Below, one piece after another: positions 41,048 to 50,657 of a stretch of DNA of 64,000 bases; within the stretch, counting starts at the first letter, position 1; every line of letters begins with the position of its first letter. The notes beneath the pieces are model-generated. The model did no database searches and was not told the DNA's origin. It saw nothing but the letters and a program-made list of their open reading frames with translations. The position numbers and the translations under genes are program-made. This stretch comes from Ruminococcus albus (GTDB lineage: Bacteria; Bacillota; Clostridia; Oscillospirales; Ruminococcaceae): NCBI RefSeq assembly GCF_900109655.1, contig NZ_FOAT01000005.1, positions 1 through 64,000 of the forward strand, written 5' to 3'.

Positions 41048-41674
41048 TCATTTTTGCTTTGTGATAAGACGTTTTGTCAGTGGAATAAGAAGTTTCGCCA
41101 TGCCGCGCAGATATCGCTTTATACAGAATTTCTGCATATATTCATCATGCCTGTCACAGGGACGTTTGCTGATCTTGCCCTGAAAATATTGATATTTCAT
41201 GAGGAGTTCATCTATGTCCTTGATGGAGTATCTCCAGTATGGCTTGGCAAGGCTGACTGCCCTGCTTTTTTCGATCACCTGTGCGGTGAAACTCATGCAG
41301 TTTTCAGCCCCAGCTATCCTGAATCCGCCGATAATGGGCATGGTCGCCATTGAGTACACATTGAAGAGATATCCCCCGCTCTCACGTTCTTTTATAAAGG
41401 TAAGTATATCGGCATAAGCATCGTCTTCAACGGGCAGGCGGAAGACTTTCACACCGTAGTCACAGTGTTCGCCGAATGCGTAATAATCACGGTACTCATG
41501 GGTGAAGCCCGCTTCAAAGGGATAATAATGGTATCTTCTGGAAAAGCTGATATAGTCCGTCAGGGACTTATCAAGGCATACCGCTATATGCGTGTAGGGA
41601 TAATGTGTAAACTTCCGCGCTATGCTACCCAGACCCGTATGCGCCTTTATCAGCACAATGTAGATATATCTCAT
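41048..41674 (-). CDS. Permuted papain-like amidase (YaeF/YiiX, C92-like) family protein, tentative
   Basis: His-containing segment ...SIARKFTHYPYTHIAVCL precedes the Cys-containing ...GAENCMSFTAQVI, the order seen in the permuted NlpC/P60 fold. Confidence 0.4.
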   Translation of the reverse strand: MRYIYIVLIKAHTGLGSIARKFTHYPYTHIAVCLDKSLTDYISFSRRYHYYPFEAGFTHEYRDYYAFGEHCDYGVKVFRLPVEDDAYADILTFIKERESGGYLFNVYSMATMPIIGGFRIAGAENCMSFTAQVIEKSRAVSLAKPYWRYSIKDIDELLMKYQYFQGKISKRPCDRHDEYMQKFCIKRYLRGMAKLLIPLTKRLITKQK

Positions 41675-42342
41675 CTCTGACTGGCCTCCAGCCGCTTGAA
41701 CAGGGCTATTATCATGCGTATCATTTCATAGTACATGGGTATCATGGCGATGACTGCTATGATATCCACAACCGTCACACCGTGGCCGAAAACTGTGAAT
41801 ACCTCGTTTCCCTTGAATATCATGGCGCATATCGCTATCACGGTATAGCTGATATGGGCTTCGATAGGGCCTAAGCGCGGAAACTGGAATTCGTTGAAAT
41901 AGATGATATAGTTCATCATGGTAACATTCATGATGCCGTAAAGGGGTGCCGCCAGCGCCATTGGCAGAAGATGTGCCGCAGGAGTCAGACCAATGGATAT
42001 CAGCAGAAATGTTGAAAAAAGTATATCCACCATGAGATCGTAATACGCCCCCGCTTTTGAGGACAACCCCCTTGATCTGGCTATAAATCCGTCAAGGTCG
42101 TCCGCCACCAGATGCAGGGCAAGACCCGCTATCGTACCCAGCCAGAACCATGATGAAATATTTGTCAGAAGCGTCATCAAAATGGAGAATATCCCACCTG
42201 CGGCGCTTAATGTGGTCATTTGGTTTGGTGTCATGGACTTTGGTATATGGGGTCCCACGCGCTTATATAAAAACTGCTGAAATCCCGTTTCCAGCTTGCT
42301 TGGTATCATTTTTTTCACGGGATTCTTATATACTTCTCCCAT
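41671..42342 (-). CDS. CDP-alcohol phosphatidyltransferase family protein
   Basis: DDLDGFIARSRG...AGAYYDLMVD (the D-G-x2-A-R...D-x3-D motif); multi-TM. Confidence 0.8.
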   Translation of the reverse strand: MGEVYKNPVKKMIPSKLETGFQQFLYKRVGPHIPKSMTPNQMTTLSAAGGIFSILMTLLTNISSWFWLGTIAGLALHLVADDLDGFIARSRGLSSKAGAYYDLMVDILFSTFLLISIGLTPAAHLLPMALAAPLYGIMNVTMMNYIIYFNEFQFPRLGPIEAHISYTVIAICAMIFKGNEVFTVFGHGVTVVDIIAVIAMIPMYYEMIRMIIALFKRLEASQR

Positions 42343-42343
42343 G

Positions 42344-43684
42344 CTATCCTCCGAACCTGAACATATTTTTAACTATCGAACCTATAAAGAATTTATAGTC
42401 GATAAAATCGTATATCCCCTGCCGCCATGCCCGCAGGAACAGTCTGCCGATGAGGATATGATAGTGCATATAGTACCGTCTTACACTCATATGGGAGGGC
42501 TTTGCTACTACATGGAGATAGTCCCAGTGGGAGGGGTCACGGGTGATAAGGCGGCTTCGGTATTCTTCAAACAGTTCGCTGTTCATCTCGGGGGTGAATA
42601 TGGATATAGCCGCGTGTTTGAGTTTGTGCTTTCTCACCCATTTTGAGATATCCCTGAAATCCCGCGCCTTGAAATCCAGATCGACTATGAACATACCCAT
42701 GGCGTTTATACCCAGATCGTTGAGTATCTCCACCGCCGCAGAATTGGCATATAGGTCGGACTTTTTGTTATAGCGGTACAGATGCTTGTCGTCCGCCGCT
42801 TCAAGTCCTACCAGCACATAGTAGAAACCTATCTCTTTAAGGCGTTCCATAAGGTCGCGGTGCTTGGATATGAAATCCGCTCTGCCGTAGCAGACATACT
42901 TTTTGTGTATGCCCCTTTCCTTTACAAGGCGGATAAATTCTTCAAGGCGCTTTTCGCCAAAGAGGAAATCGTCATCGATGAAATATATATTATCACATTC
43001 TATGGAAGCTATCTCGTCCACCACATCTGCGATATCCCTTGCGGAGTAAGTGCCGCAGTTCAGCCTGTTGCGGTAGCAGAATTTGCACTTGTAGGGACAG
43101 CAGTAGGCAGTCCTCACATGGGCGCAGGGCTGTAATTCAAGGTAGCGGTAGCGGGGGTGAGCATAGAAATAGCTTCTATCGGGACGTGGCAGACGTTTGA
43201 TATCAAAGGGAGTAGCCTCATTCTCCACCCAGCGGTTTCCGCGATTCATGCAAAGCCCGTTTACTTCGGCAAGGGCTTTGTTTTCAAGCACGTTGACTAT
43301 ACCGAATATATCGAAACTCCTGAAAACGAAGTCGATGTAGCTTTCATAGAAACGCTTGTAGTTATGCTGTGCGTGAAGTCCGCCGACCATGGTGATACAG
43401 CCTATATCCTTTGCGGCGCGACAGTATTCTTTCATGAAGTTCTCCTGCCTTGTTCTTCCGCAGACGTATACCGCAAAGGGAGAAACTTCCGCAAGACGCT
43501 TTACAAAGGGCTGTTCCTCCACCTGACCGTCCCATATATATGGCTCATAGCCCGCGTCTTTCAGAACGGTGCAGATATATTCAAGTTCAAGGGGTTCGTT
43601 ATCGATTATCCCCGCGAAATTATATTTAGTCCTGGATATCTCCGGGTGGACCAGCAGTACTTTTCTGTTATCCATAGCTATCAC
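42344..43684 (-). CDS. B12-binding-domain radical SAM protein
   Basis: N-terminal cobalamin-binding Rossmann-like region followed by the CCPYKCKFC (Cx3Cx2C) radical-SAM cluster motif. Confidence 0.75.
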   Translation of the reverse strand: MIAMDNRKVLLVHPEISRTKYNFAGIIDNEPLELEYICTVLKDAGYEPYIWDGQVEEQPFVKRLAEVSPFAVYVCGRTRQENFMKEYCRAAKDIGCITMVGGLHAQHNYKRFYESYIDFVFRSFDIFGIVNVLENKALAEVNGLCMNRGNRWVENEATPFDIKRLPRPDRSYFYAHPRYRYLELQPCAHVRTAYCCPYKCKFCYRNRLNCGTYSARDIADVVDEIASIECDNIYFIDDDFLFGEKRLEEFIRLVKERGIHKKYVCYGRADFISKHRDLMERLKEIGFYYVLVGLEAADDKHLYRYNKKSDLYANSAAVEILNDLGINAMGMFIVDLDFKARDFRDISKWVRKHKLKHAAISIFTPEMNSELFEEYRSRLITRDPSHWDYLHVVAKPSHMSVRRYYMHYHILIGRLFLRAWRQGIYDFIDYKFFIGSIVKNMFRFGG

Positions 43685-45336
43685 TCCTCAGCTTTCAGCG
43701 CAAGATAATCCACCTTGCCCACAAGTGTTCTGGGCAGACTTTCTTTGAATCTTATATCTCTCGGCAGTGCGTAGACTGCTATATCCTTTTTCAGCATTTC
43801 GGTGAGTTCATCACGGAGGATATCCTCGTTTACTCCCTCTTTGGGAACTACATACGCCCTGACTTTTTCGCCCATTATCTGGTCTTCAACACCTACAACG
43901 GCGCACATCACCACATCACGGTGAGAGTTTATGACCTCTTCGATATTCTGGGGATAGATATTGTATCCCCCCGAAACTATCATGCGCTTCAGCCTTTGCC
44001 TGAAGTACACATAGCCATCTTTGTCCATATAACCAAGGTCACCTGTGTGGAGCCAGATATTGCCGTCTTCATGCATACGCAGGGTATTGGCAGTCTCCTC
44101 GGGGGCTTTGTAATAGCCTTTCATCACCGTGGTGCCGCGGAGAATTATCTCGCCTGTTTCACCCGCAGGAAGTTCGTTTTCCTCGGTATCAACTATCTTG
44201 AAATAGGTATCGGCATAGGGCAGACCCACGCTTTCTAGCTTATCGGAAGATGCAGGCAGAAGACAGCAGCCTGTTACGCACTCGGTAAGACCGTAGCCCT
44301 CTCTTACGCGGGCTCTGCTTCCGTGAGAAGCAAGCAGGTCGTTGAGCTTTTTCTTTGAGCTTGGTGACAGAGAATCTCCGCCTGAAATAACGGTTTTCAG
44401 GAAGCTCATGTCCTTGCCGTCGAAGTCCTTGTTCATCAGCATAGCTTCGTATACGGCGGGAACTCCCGAGATGATATTGGGCTTGTATTTGAAAAGCAGT
44501 TCGTGGAATTCAGCCGCAGAGAATTTCGGCAGTATTATCGCTGTGCCCCCCAGTATCAGAATAGTATGTATGCACACACCCAGTCCGAAACCGTGGAAGA
44601 CAGGCATCACCGAGAGCATTTTCTCGCCTGCGTAAAGGTTGCCGCAGCCGTCGATGCTTTGAGCGGCAAGGGCATTGAAATTCAGGTTGGTGAGCATTAT
44701 GCCCTTTGGAATACCCGTTGTTCCGCCGCTGTAAAGGATAGCCGCGGTGTCATCGGGGGCAGAATCTACATTGATATTCTGTCTGATATTCTTTGCCCCT
44801 TCAATGAAATCCGACCAGCTGTCAAAGCCTGTATACTCGGGTAGCTTGCCTTTCATCTTCGCGAAGTATCCCGCCTGTATCACAGGGGGCATATAGGTGC
44901 TGACACTGACAGCCACAGCCTTTTCGGGGCAGACCCTCATGCAGACCTTTCTCATTTTATCCGAAACGGAATCAAGGAAGAAAACATATTTGCTCTCGGT
45001 GAGTTCCATATAGCGGATTATCTCGTTTTCAGCTGAGAGTGGGTGTATCATGTTAGCCACCGCACCCACTTTGTTTATGGCGTAAAACAGGAAGACCGCC
45101 TGAGGAATATTCGGCAGGCATACGGATACGCTGTCGCCTTTTTTGACACCCGCCGCCGCAAGTGCGCGGGCTGTTCTGCCTATCTCACCAATAAGACGGC
45201 GGAAAGTCAGCTTGTTGCCGAAATAGTTCAGTGCGGTGTATCCTGGGTATTTCTTCGCTGTCATGACAAGATATCTATACAGCGAGCAATCGGGGTATTC
45301 AAGATGTCTTTTCATTTCTGCTGCTCCATTCTTCAA
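43681..45336 (-). CDS. AMP-dependent synthetase/ligase (fatty-acyl-CoA/AMP ligase-like)
   Basis: AMP-binding motif ILYSGGTTGIPKG, plus EGYGLTE and the hinge GDLGYMD. Confidence 0.85.
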   Translation of the reverse strand: MKNGAAEMKRHLEYPDCSLYRYLVMTAKKYPGYTALNYFGNKLTFRRLIGEIGRTARALAAAGVKKGDSVSVCLPNIPQAVFLFYAINKVGAVANMIHPLSAENEIIRYMELTESKYVFFLDSVSDKMRKVCMRVCPEKAVAVSVSTYMPPVIQAGYFAKMKGKLPEYTGFDSWSDFIEGAKNIRQNINVDSAPDDTAAILYSGGTTGIPKGIMLTNLNFNALAAQSIDGCGNLYAGEKMLSVMPVFHGFGLGVCIHTILILGGTAIILPKFSAAEFHELLFKYKPNIISGVPAVYEAMLMNKDFDGKDMSFLKTVISGGDSLSPSSKKKLNDLLASHGSRARVREGYGLTECVTGCCLLPASSDKLESVGLPYADTYFKIVDTEENELPAGETGEIILRGTTVMKGYYKAPEETANTLRMHEDGNIWLHTGDLGYMDKDGYVYFRQRLKRMIVSGGYNIYPQNIEEVINSHRDVVMCAVVGVEDQIMGEKVRAYVVPKEGVNEDILRDELTEMLKKDIAVYALPRDIRFKESLPRTLVGKVDYLALKAEE

Positions 45337-45949
45337 ATGAGGTTATTTTTTTGGACTGCAATTCTTCTTTCGGCATCACCTTTTTTAGCAGTGCGGCGAT
45401 GCTGTTATATAGTTTTCTGTTGGTCATTTCCGCATCGCCTACGGCTTTGAAAGGCTTACCGAAAATGATAGTCAGCCCGCCGAAAGGCTTGTACCTGCCA
45501 ACTATCGCATAGGGCACAAGAGATGCCCCCGTATCCTCAGACATAACTGCCGCGCCGTATTTGAAAGGCAGCAGCAGTTCATCGGTATAATTGCGCTTCG
45601 CCTCGGGGGAAACATTAACAAGTTCACCATCATGAAGGGCTTCTTTAGCGGCTTTAAGGGCTTCGGGATTATGCTTTGCGTGGAGATCTACGGGGATAGT
45701 GCCCGAGCTCCTGAAAAGCCAGCCGAAAGGTCCATCATGCAGGTCTTTTTTAGCAAGGGTGCGCACCGTCCTGCGGGTGCTGATATCCACAAGGATAGGG
45801 TCAAGAGCGTGCTTGTGATTGCCAGCAATGACCGCCGCGCCCTCTTTCGGTATATTCACCCTGCCTATTATCTTAGGCTGAAACAGGACATAAAACAGCG
45901 GCGCGAACACCATCCGCATTACTTTATATACCACGACTCTCTTATCCAC
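45299..45949 (-). CDS. Lysophospholipid/1-acyl-glycerol-3-phosphate acyltransferase (PlsC family)
   Basis: HX4D motif IAGNHKHALDP. Confidence 0.75.
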   Translation of the reverse strand: MDKRVVVYKVMRMVFAPLFYVLFQPKIIGRVNIPKEGAAVIAGNHKHALDPILVDISTRRTVRTLAKKDLHDGPFGWLFRSSGTIPVDLHAKHNPEALKAAKEALHDGELVNVSPEAKRNYTDELLLPFKYGAAVMSEDTGASLVPYAIVGRYKPFGGLTIIFGKPFKAVGDAEMTNRKLYNSIAALLKKVMPKEELQSKKITSFEEWSSRNEKTS

Positions 45950-46106
45950 CGTGAATGACCTCCGAACCGAAATAATTTATTCATAAATATTATAGTATGA
46001 TTCAGGGGGAATGTCAATAGAAATTGCAAATGTCCGCAATAATTATCATCAAAAAACCGACAGGACACAAGCCCTGCCGGTTTCGAATGTTTGTTTTGGT
46101 TGATGA

Positions 46107-46937
46107 TTATTTGTTGTTTAGAGTTCCGGTTGTTTTATAGAAATAAGTGTAAATACTGAAAGACCTGTCTTCGAGATTTCTTGTATCCCACTTACCGTTG
46201 ACTTTAGCTACAATGACAACCTTGTTTGTAGTGGCCGGTCTCAAGTTCTTGGGTGTGGTGTAACTTGTTACATTAGCAGGTATACTCTGTGTCTGAATTC
46301 TCCACTTGCCTGCCAGATATACTGCTACGCCGTACTGTTCTGCACCTTCTACGGCTGTCCAGTTCAAACGTATCTGACGATAAACAGAATTAGTTTGTGT
46401 CGCATTCAACACAGGATATTCAGTTTTGTCCTTAGCATCAATTACCTTAATATTGATACCATTTGCAAGTGCATATTTCTCAGCCTTAGAACCATTATAG
46501 CATTTTATTACAAGAGATGGATTACGATATACAAAAGAACTGCTACCTATATCTGTCAAATTTGCAGATAATTTAACCTCAACAAGATTCGAGCAATGTG
46601 CGAAAACTTCCCGATCCATTGTAGTTATACTATCAGGCATAGAGACACTTACAATACTCGTATTATAATGAAACGCAGCATAGCCAATACTTGTTACAGC
46701 CACACCATCTACCTCGGCTGGTATCTCAACTTTTGTATTTTTACCTTCATAGCTTCTTATCTCAGCAGTACCATCTTCAAGCAAAGTGTACTTAAAGTCG
46801 CCGTATGTGAGTACTTCCTTTTCAGCTGCACTAGCTGAGATAACTGCGTTGCTGTTTACTACTGTGTTGGGCAGAGCTGCGCCACCAAATGCGAATGTCA
46901 GTGCCAGCAGACCTGCTACGATCTTTTTGTTGTTCAT
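46107..46937 (-). CDS. Secreted BspA-type LRR protein, paralog A of the array (signal peptide, LRR, C-terminal Fn3-like domain)
   Basis: MNNKKIVAGLLALTFAFGGAALPNTVVN signal; LRR units; C-terminal ...YGVAVYLAGKWRIQTQ...KVNGKWDT. Confidence 0.8.
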   Translation of the reverse strand: MNNKKIVAGLLALTFAFGGAALPNTVVNSNAVISASAAEKEVLTYGDFKYTLLEDGTAEIRSYEGKNTKVEIPAEVDGVAVTSIGYAAFHYNTSIVSVSMPDSITTMDREVFAHCSNLVEVKLSANLTDIGSSSFVYRNPSLVIKCYNGSKAEKYALANGINIKVIDAKDKTEYPVLNATQTNSVYRQIRLNWTAVEGAEQYGVAVYLAGKWRIQTQSIPANVTSYTTPKNLRPATTNKVVIVAKVNGKWDTRNLEDRSFSIYTYFYKTTGTLNNK

Positions 46938-47099
46938 TTTATGAACCTCCTAATAAAAAAATTTATTTAAACGACATGAACCCGACTCGAATAATCTCTT
47001 ATCCCGACTTTAACGATCACTTATCCCAAATATGGGTGCAGTACTTTGGTTGCACTGACCATGTTTGTATAAGTTCATTAATCATGTCGTTCAATGTTA

Positions 47100-47128
47100 A
47101 TTATATTACTTTTTAAATTATTTGTCAA
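47100..47128 (-). promoter_or_regulatory. Consensus promoter TTGACA-17-TATAAT for paralog A
   Basis: Minus-strand reading: TTGACA aataatttaaaaagtaa TATAAT. Confidence 0.7.
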
Positions 47129-47522
47129 CAGTGTTTTTGAACATTAACTATCATTAATGATAAACTCTATCCTGTAGATATCAGTAATTTCGCATTAGCT
47201 GTTGAACTTTGTGAATATGGCTGTATCTCGCTTACTGATATCATTTCGCTGCTGTTTACTGCTTTATCCAGCTATGCTTTACTTCTAGTGCGGATCAAAC
47301 ACTGGCAGTCATGATATGGTTTTAATATTCATTATTTGTTATTTTCAAGTTTAAATTAATCTATAATTATTTTAACATATTTGTTATTAAAAGTCAATGG
47401 ATCCCCCCATGTATCATTCACAATAGCCGATTGATATTTTGATATACCCCATCAGCTTTATGAATGTCGGGAAGATCCATTCGACATTAAGTATTAATTA
47501 TTATGTTTTATAAGTATCAGCA

Positions 47523-48815
47523 TTACTTAACAGTAACAGTAAATGCTCTGCCGCTGATATTGCTGGTATCCCATTCGCCGTCGATCTTAGCGCATATAAC
47601 CATGTTGTACTTAGATTTAGCTTTCAGCTTGGGCGAAGTGAATGTAGTGTTCTCTGCCTCAGTGTAAGCCTGTACCTTCCACTTGCCGGCCAGTCTTACT
47701 GCAATACCGTACTTCTCAGCACCATCAACAGCTGACCACTTTATGCGGAATTGGTGGAACTCCTCGTTGTAGTCGATCTTTGTTACTTCGGGGTAATAGT
47801 TTACAAATCTGTACATCAAGCCGTTTTCTTCTGCATAACCCTGTGCATAGGATCTCTTATAGCAGTAGATAGTAAGGTTTCTTAAAGGTTCGATCTCATT
47901 TTCGATCCTGTTTCTGTAAGCGAAAGCCATCTCGCCTATTTCAGTAACGTTATCGGTAATATACAGATTCTTAAGCTTTGTGCAGCCGAAGAAAGCGCCC
48001 TCTCCTATTGTCTGTAACCTATCAGGCAGATATAAAGTCTCAAGACTTGTGCAATTAACAAATACCTCGTTGCCGATACTTTCCAGCGAATCAGGCAATA
48101 TCACAGTATTAAGGTTCTTACAACCCTCAAAAGTGCATGCTTCGATCGTAGTAACGCCATCAGGTATTGTTATACTTTTCAGGCTCTTGCAATCTTTGAA
48201 TGCAGAATCACCGATCATCTCGACGCTCTTGGGCAGATCTATGGTTTCCAGATTATTGCAGCCCTCAAAAGCAGAGAATTCAATAGAACGTACATTACCG
48301 CCAAACTCTACATCAACTAAACTTTCGCAGTTCAAAAATGTCCTGTAATCGATGTTTGTGACTTTTTCGGGTATATAGATGCACTTCAGGGATTTGCATC
48401 CGCTGAAAGCAGCTCTGCCGATCTTTTTAACAGTCATAGGAAGGTATATATTTTCAAACTTGCTGTTTGAAAATGCATTATCTGCGATATTGGTAACACC
48501 GTCTGGTATGCTTACTGATCCGGCATTAACATCTGAAAAAGCACCCTCACCAATACTTGATACCGTATAGCCATCGATCTCATCGGGTATATAGATCTCC
48601 ACGTCAGGACCATAGCAATCAGCGATGTAATCTGTTATCTCAACTGTATTGTTTTCAAGATAAATATACTCAAAATTATCGAATACATATACCTCGTATC
48701 CGCCTGCGCTAGCTGAGATCACTCCGTTGTTGTTTCCTTTTGTGTTGGGCAGAGCTGCACCGCCGAATACAAATGACAGCGCCAGCAGACCTGCTACGAT
48801 TTTCTTGTTGTTCAT
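47523..48815 (-). CDS. Secreted BspA-type LRR protein, paralog B
   Basis: Same signal peptide; about 10 BspA-like 23-aa LRR units (IPD.VT.IG..AF..C..L..I.LP); same C-terminal domain. Confidence 0.8.
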   Translation of the reverse strand: MNNKKIVAGLLALSFVFGGAALPNTKGNNNGVISASAGGYEVYVFDNFEYIYLENNTVEITDYIADCYGPDVEIYIPDEIDGYTVSSIGEGAFSDVNAGSVSIPDGVTNIADNAFSNSKFENIYLPMTVKKIGRAAFSGCKSLKCIYIPEKVTNIDYRTFLNCESLVDVEFGGNVRSIEFSAFEGCNNLETIDLPKSVEMIGDSAFKDCKSLKSITIPDGVTTIEACTFEGCKNLNTVILPDSLESIGNEVFVNCTSLETLYLPDRLQTIGEGAFFGCTKLKNLYITDNVTEIGEMAFAYRNRIENEIEPLRNLTIYCYKRSYAQGYAEENGLMYRFVNYYPEVTKIDYNEEFHQFRIKWSAVDGAEKYGIAVRLAGKWKVQAYTEAENTTFTSPKLKAKSKYNMVICAKIDGEWDTSNISGRAFTVTVK

Positions 48816-48949
48816 CTTTTTGTCCTCCTAAATTTGTTATATAATTAACAAGCGACATCTCACCTTCACACAGCCCGAATGAAGGTACTGTTGCTTTTTC
48901 GGCACTGACCAACTCGGGTTAATACGAAAGATCATGTCGCTTGATAGTT

Positions 48950-48978
48950 ATTATATACCTTTTTTGGTATTCTGTCAA
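48950..48978 (-). promoter_or_regulatory. Consensus promoter TTGACA-17-TATAAT for paralog B
   Basis: Minus-strand reading: TTGACA gaataccaaaaaaggta TATAAT. Confidence 0.7.
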
Positions 48979-49101
48979 TAGTCAGTTTTTACATTATATG
49001 ACAGTAAGGGTAATCGCTCTGTTGTTGAGAGCGGAAGTATCCCACTTGCCGTTATATCGCACTTTAGATTTACTAAAATGCCGTATTTACATTCCTGTAT
49101 A

Positions 49102-50490
49102 TCACTTAACGGTAACAGTTACAGCGTCAAAGAGAGCATCCCTTACATTCCACTCACCGTTCACCCTAGCAGCAACTGCGACCTTATAGGTCTTCCCGGG
49201 TGTAAGGTTCTTGGGAGATGTGAAAACAGTAACATCGGCAGGGATAGAACAAGTCCAAACTCGCCACTTTCCTGAAAGATATACAGCGATGCCGTACTTT
49301 TCAGCATTATCATAAGGCTTCCATCTTAAACGTATCTGGTGATACTCTTCGCTGAGTTCAGCTTTGATGACCATCCTCTTCGGAGGGGGACAATTAGGGA
49401 GTTTTTCATCGATCAGCTTATAATTCAAGCCCTTTTCTTTTGCATATTTTTCAGCGTATGAACCGCTGTAGCAATTGATAGTCACGTTCTTTAATGGCTT
49501 ATAGCTATCATCGTGTGTATCATATTCTGAAAATGCATCCTCACCTATTTCGGTTACACTTGCGGGAATTGTAATGCTTTTAAGGTTATGGCATTCCAAA
49601 AATGCAGCTCCTCCTATGGTTTTTACACTATCAGGTATTACTACATTTTCCAAGCTTTCGCAGCTTTCAAATGCCGCATCATCGATAGATTCAACACTAT
49701 CCGGTATAACAATGCTCTCAAGGCTTTCGCAAAGCATAAAAGCTCCAATATCTATCTGCTTTAATCCTTCCGGTAATGTTATACTTTTAAGGTTTGTACA
49801 GGATAAAAAAGCAAATTCACCAATATATTCCACACTATCGGGTATATCAATGGTTTCAAGATTATCCAACCCTACAAAAGCATATTCTACAATTGACTTC
49901 GTACCATCAGGTATAACAATGCTCTTAATTTTACTACAGCCCGAAAAAACATTATGCATATATTTAAGATTTTTAGATAATGTTACATTTTCAAGGCTTA
50001 CACAATCGTAAAATGCATGATCTTTGATTTCCGTAACACTATCGGGTATATCAATGCTATTTAATAATTCACATCCAAAAAATGCATTACTACCTATACA
50101 CTTCAAATTTTTAGATAATGTAATGCTTTCAAGGTATCTACAATATGCAAATGCCCCTTCTTTGATTTCCGTAACACTATCAGGTATAACAACACTTTTA
50201 ACATACACAAAATAATTGCAATCAAAAGCATCTTCACCAATGCTTGTTACAACTGCGCCATTTATCTCGCCCGGTATCTTAACCTCGTCAGCTGAAAAAT
50301 GACCCTCTACTATCTCAGCAGTACCATCTTCACGCAGAATATACTTATAATCACCGTATGTAAGTACCTCTGCATCCTCTTCACTTGCCGAAGCTACCAC
50401 GCTGTTGTTAACTACTGTGTTTGGCAGAGCTGTGCCACCGAATACAAATGACAGTGCCAGCAGACCTGCTACGATCTTTTTGTTGTTCAT
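49102..50490 (-). CDS. Secreted BspA-type LRR protein, paralog C
   Basis: Same signal peptide, LRR units, same C-terminal domain. Confidence 0.8.
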   Translation of the reverse strand: MNNKKIVAGLLALSFVFGGTALPNTVVNNSVVASASEEDAEVLTYGDYKYILREDGTAEIVEGHFSADEVKIPGEINGAVVTSIGEDAFDCNYFVYVKSVVIPDSVTEIKEGAFAYCRYLESITLSKNLKCIGSNAFFGCELLNSIDIPDSVTEIKDHAFYDCVSLENVTLSKNLKYMHNVFSGCSKIKSIVIPDGTKSIVEYAFVGLDNLETIDIPDSVEYIGEFAFLSCTNLKSITLPEGLKQIDIGAFMLCESLESIVIPDSVESIDDAAFESCESLENVVIPDSVKTIGGAAFLECHNLKSITIPASVTEIGEDAFSEYDTHDDSYKPLKNVTINCYSGSYAEKYAKEKGLNYKLIDEKLPNCPPPKRMVIKAELSEEYHQIRLRWKPYDNAEKYGIAVYLSGKWRVWTCSIPADVTVFTSPKNLTPGKTYKVAVAARVNGEWNVRDALFDAVTVTVK

Positions 50491-50657
50491 TTTTGTGTCC
50501 TCCTAATATTCAATATTTATTAAACGACATGAACCCGACTTTAATGATCACTTATCCTGACTGTGGGTACAGTGCTTTTTCGGCACTTACCGTGTCGGGA
50601 TAAGTATGAATAGTCACGTCGCTTATTGCAAATTATTGATCAACAGTATATTTGATA

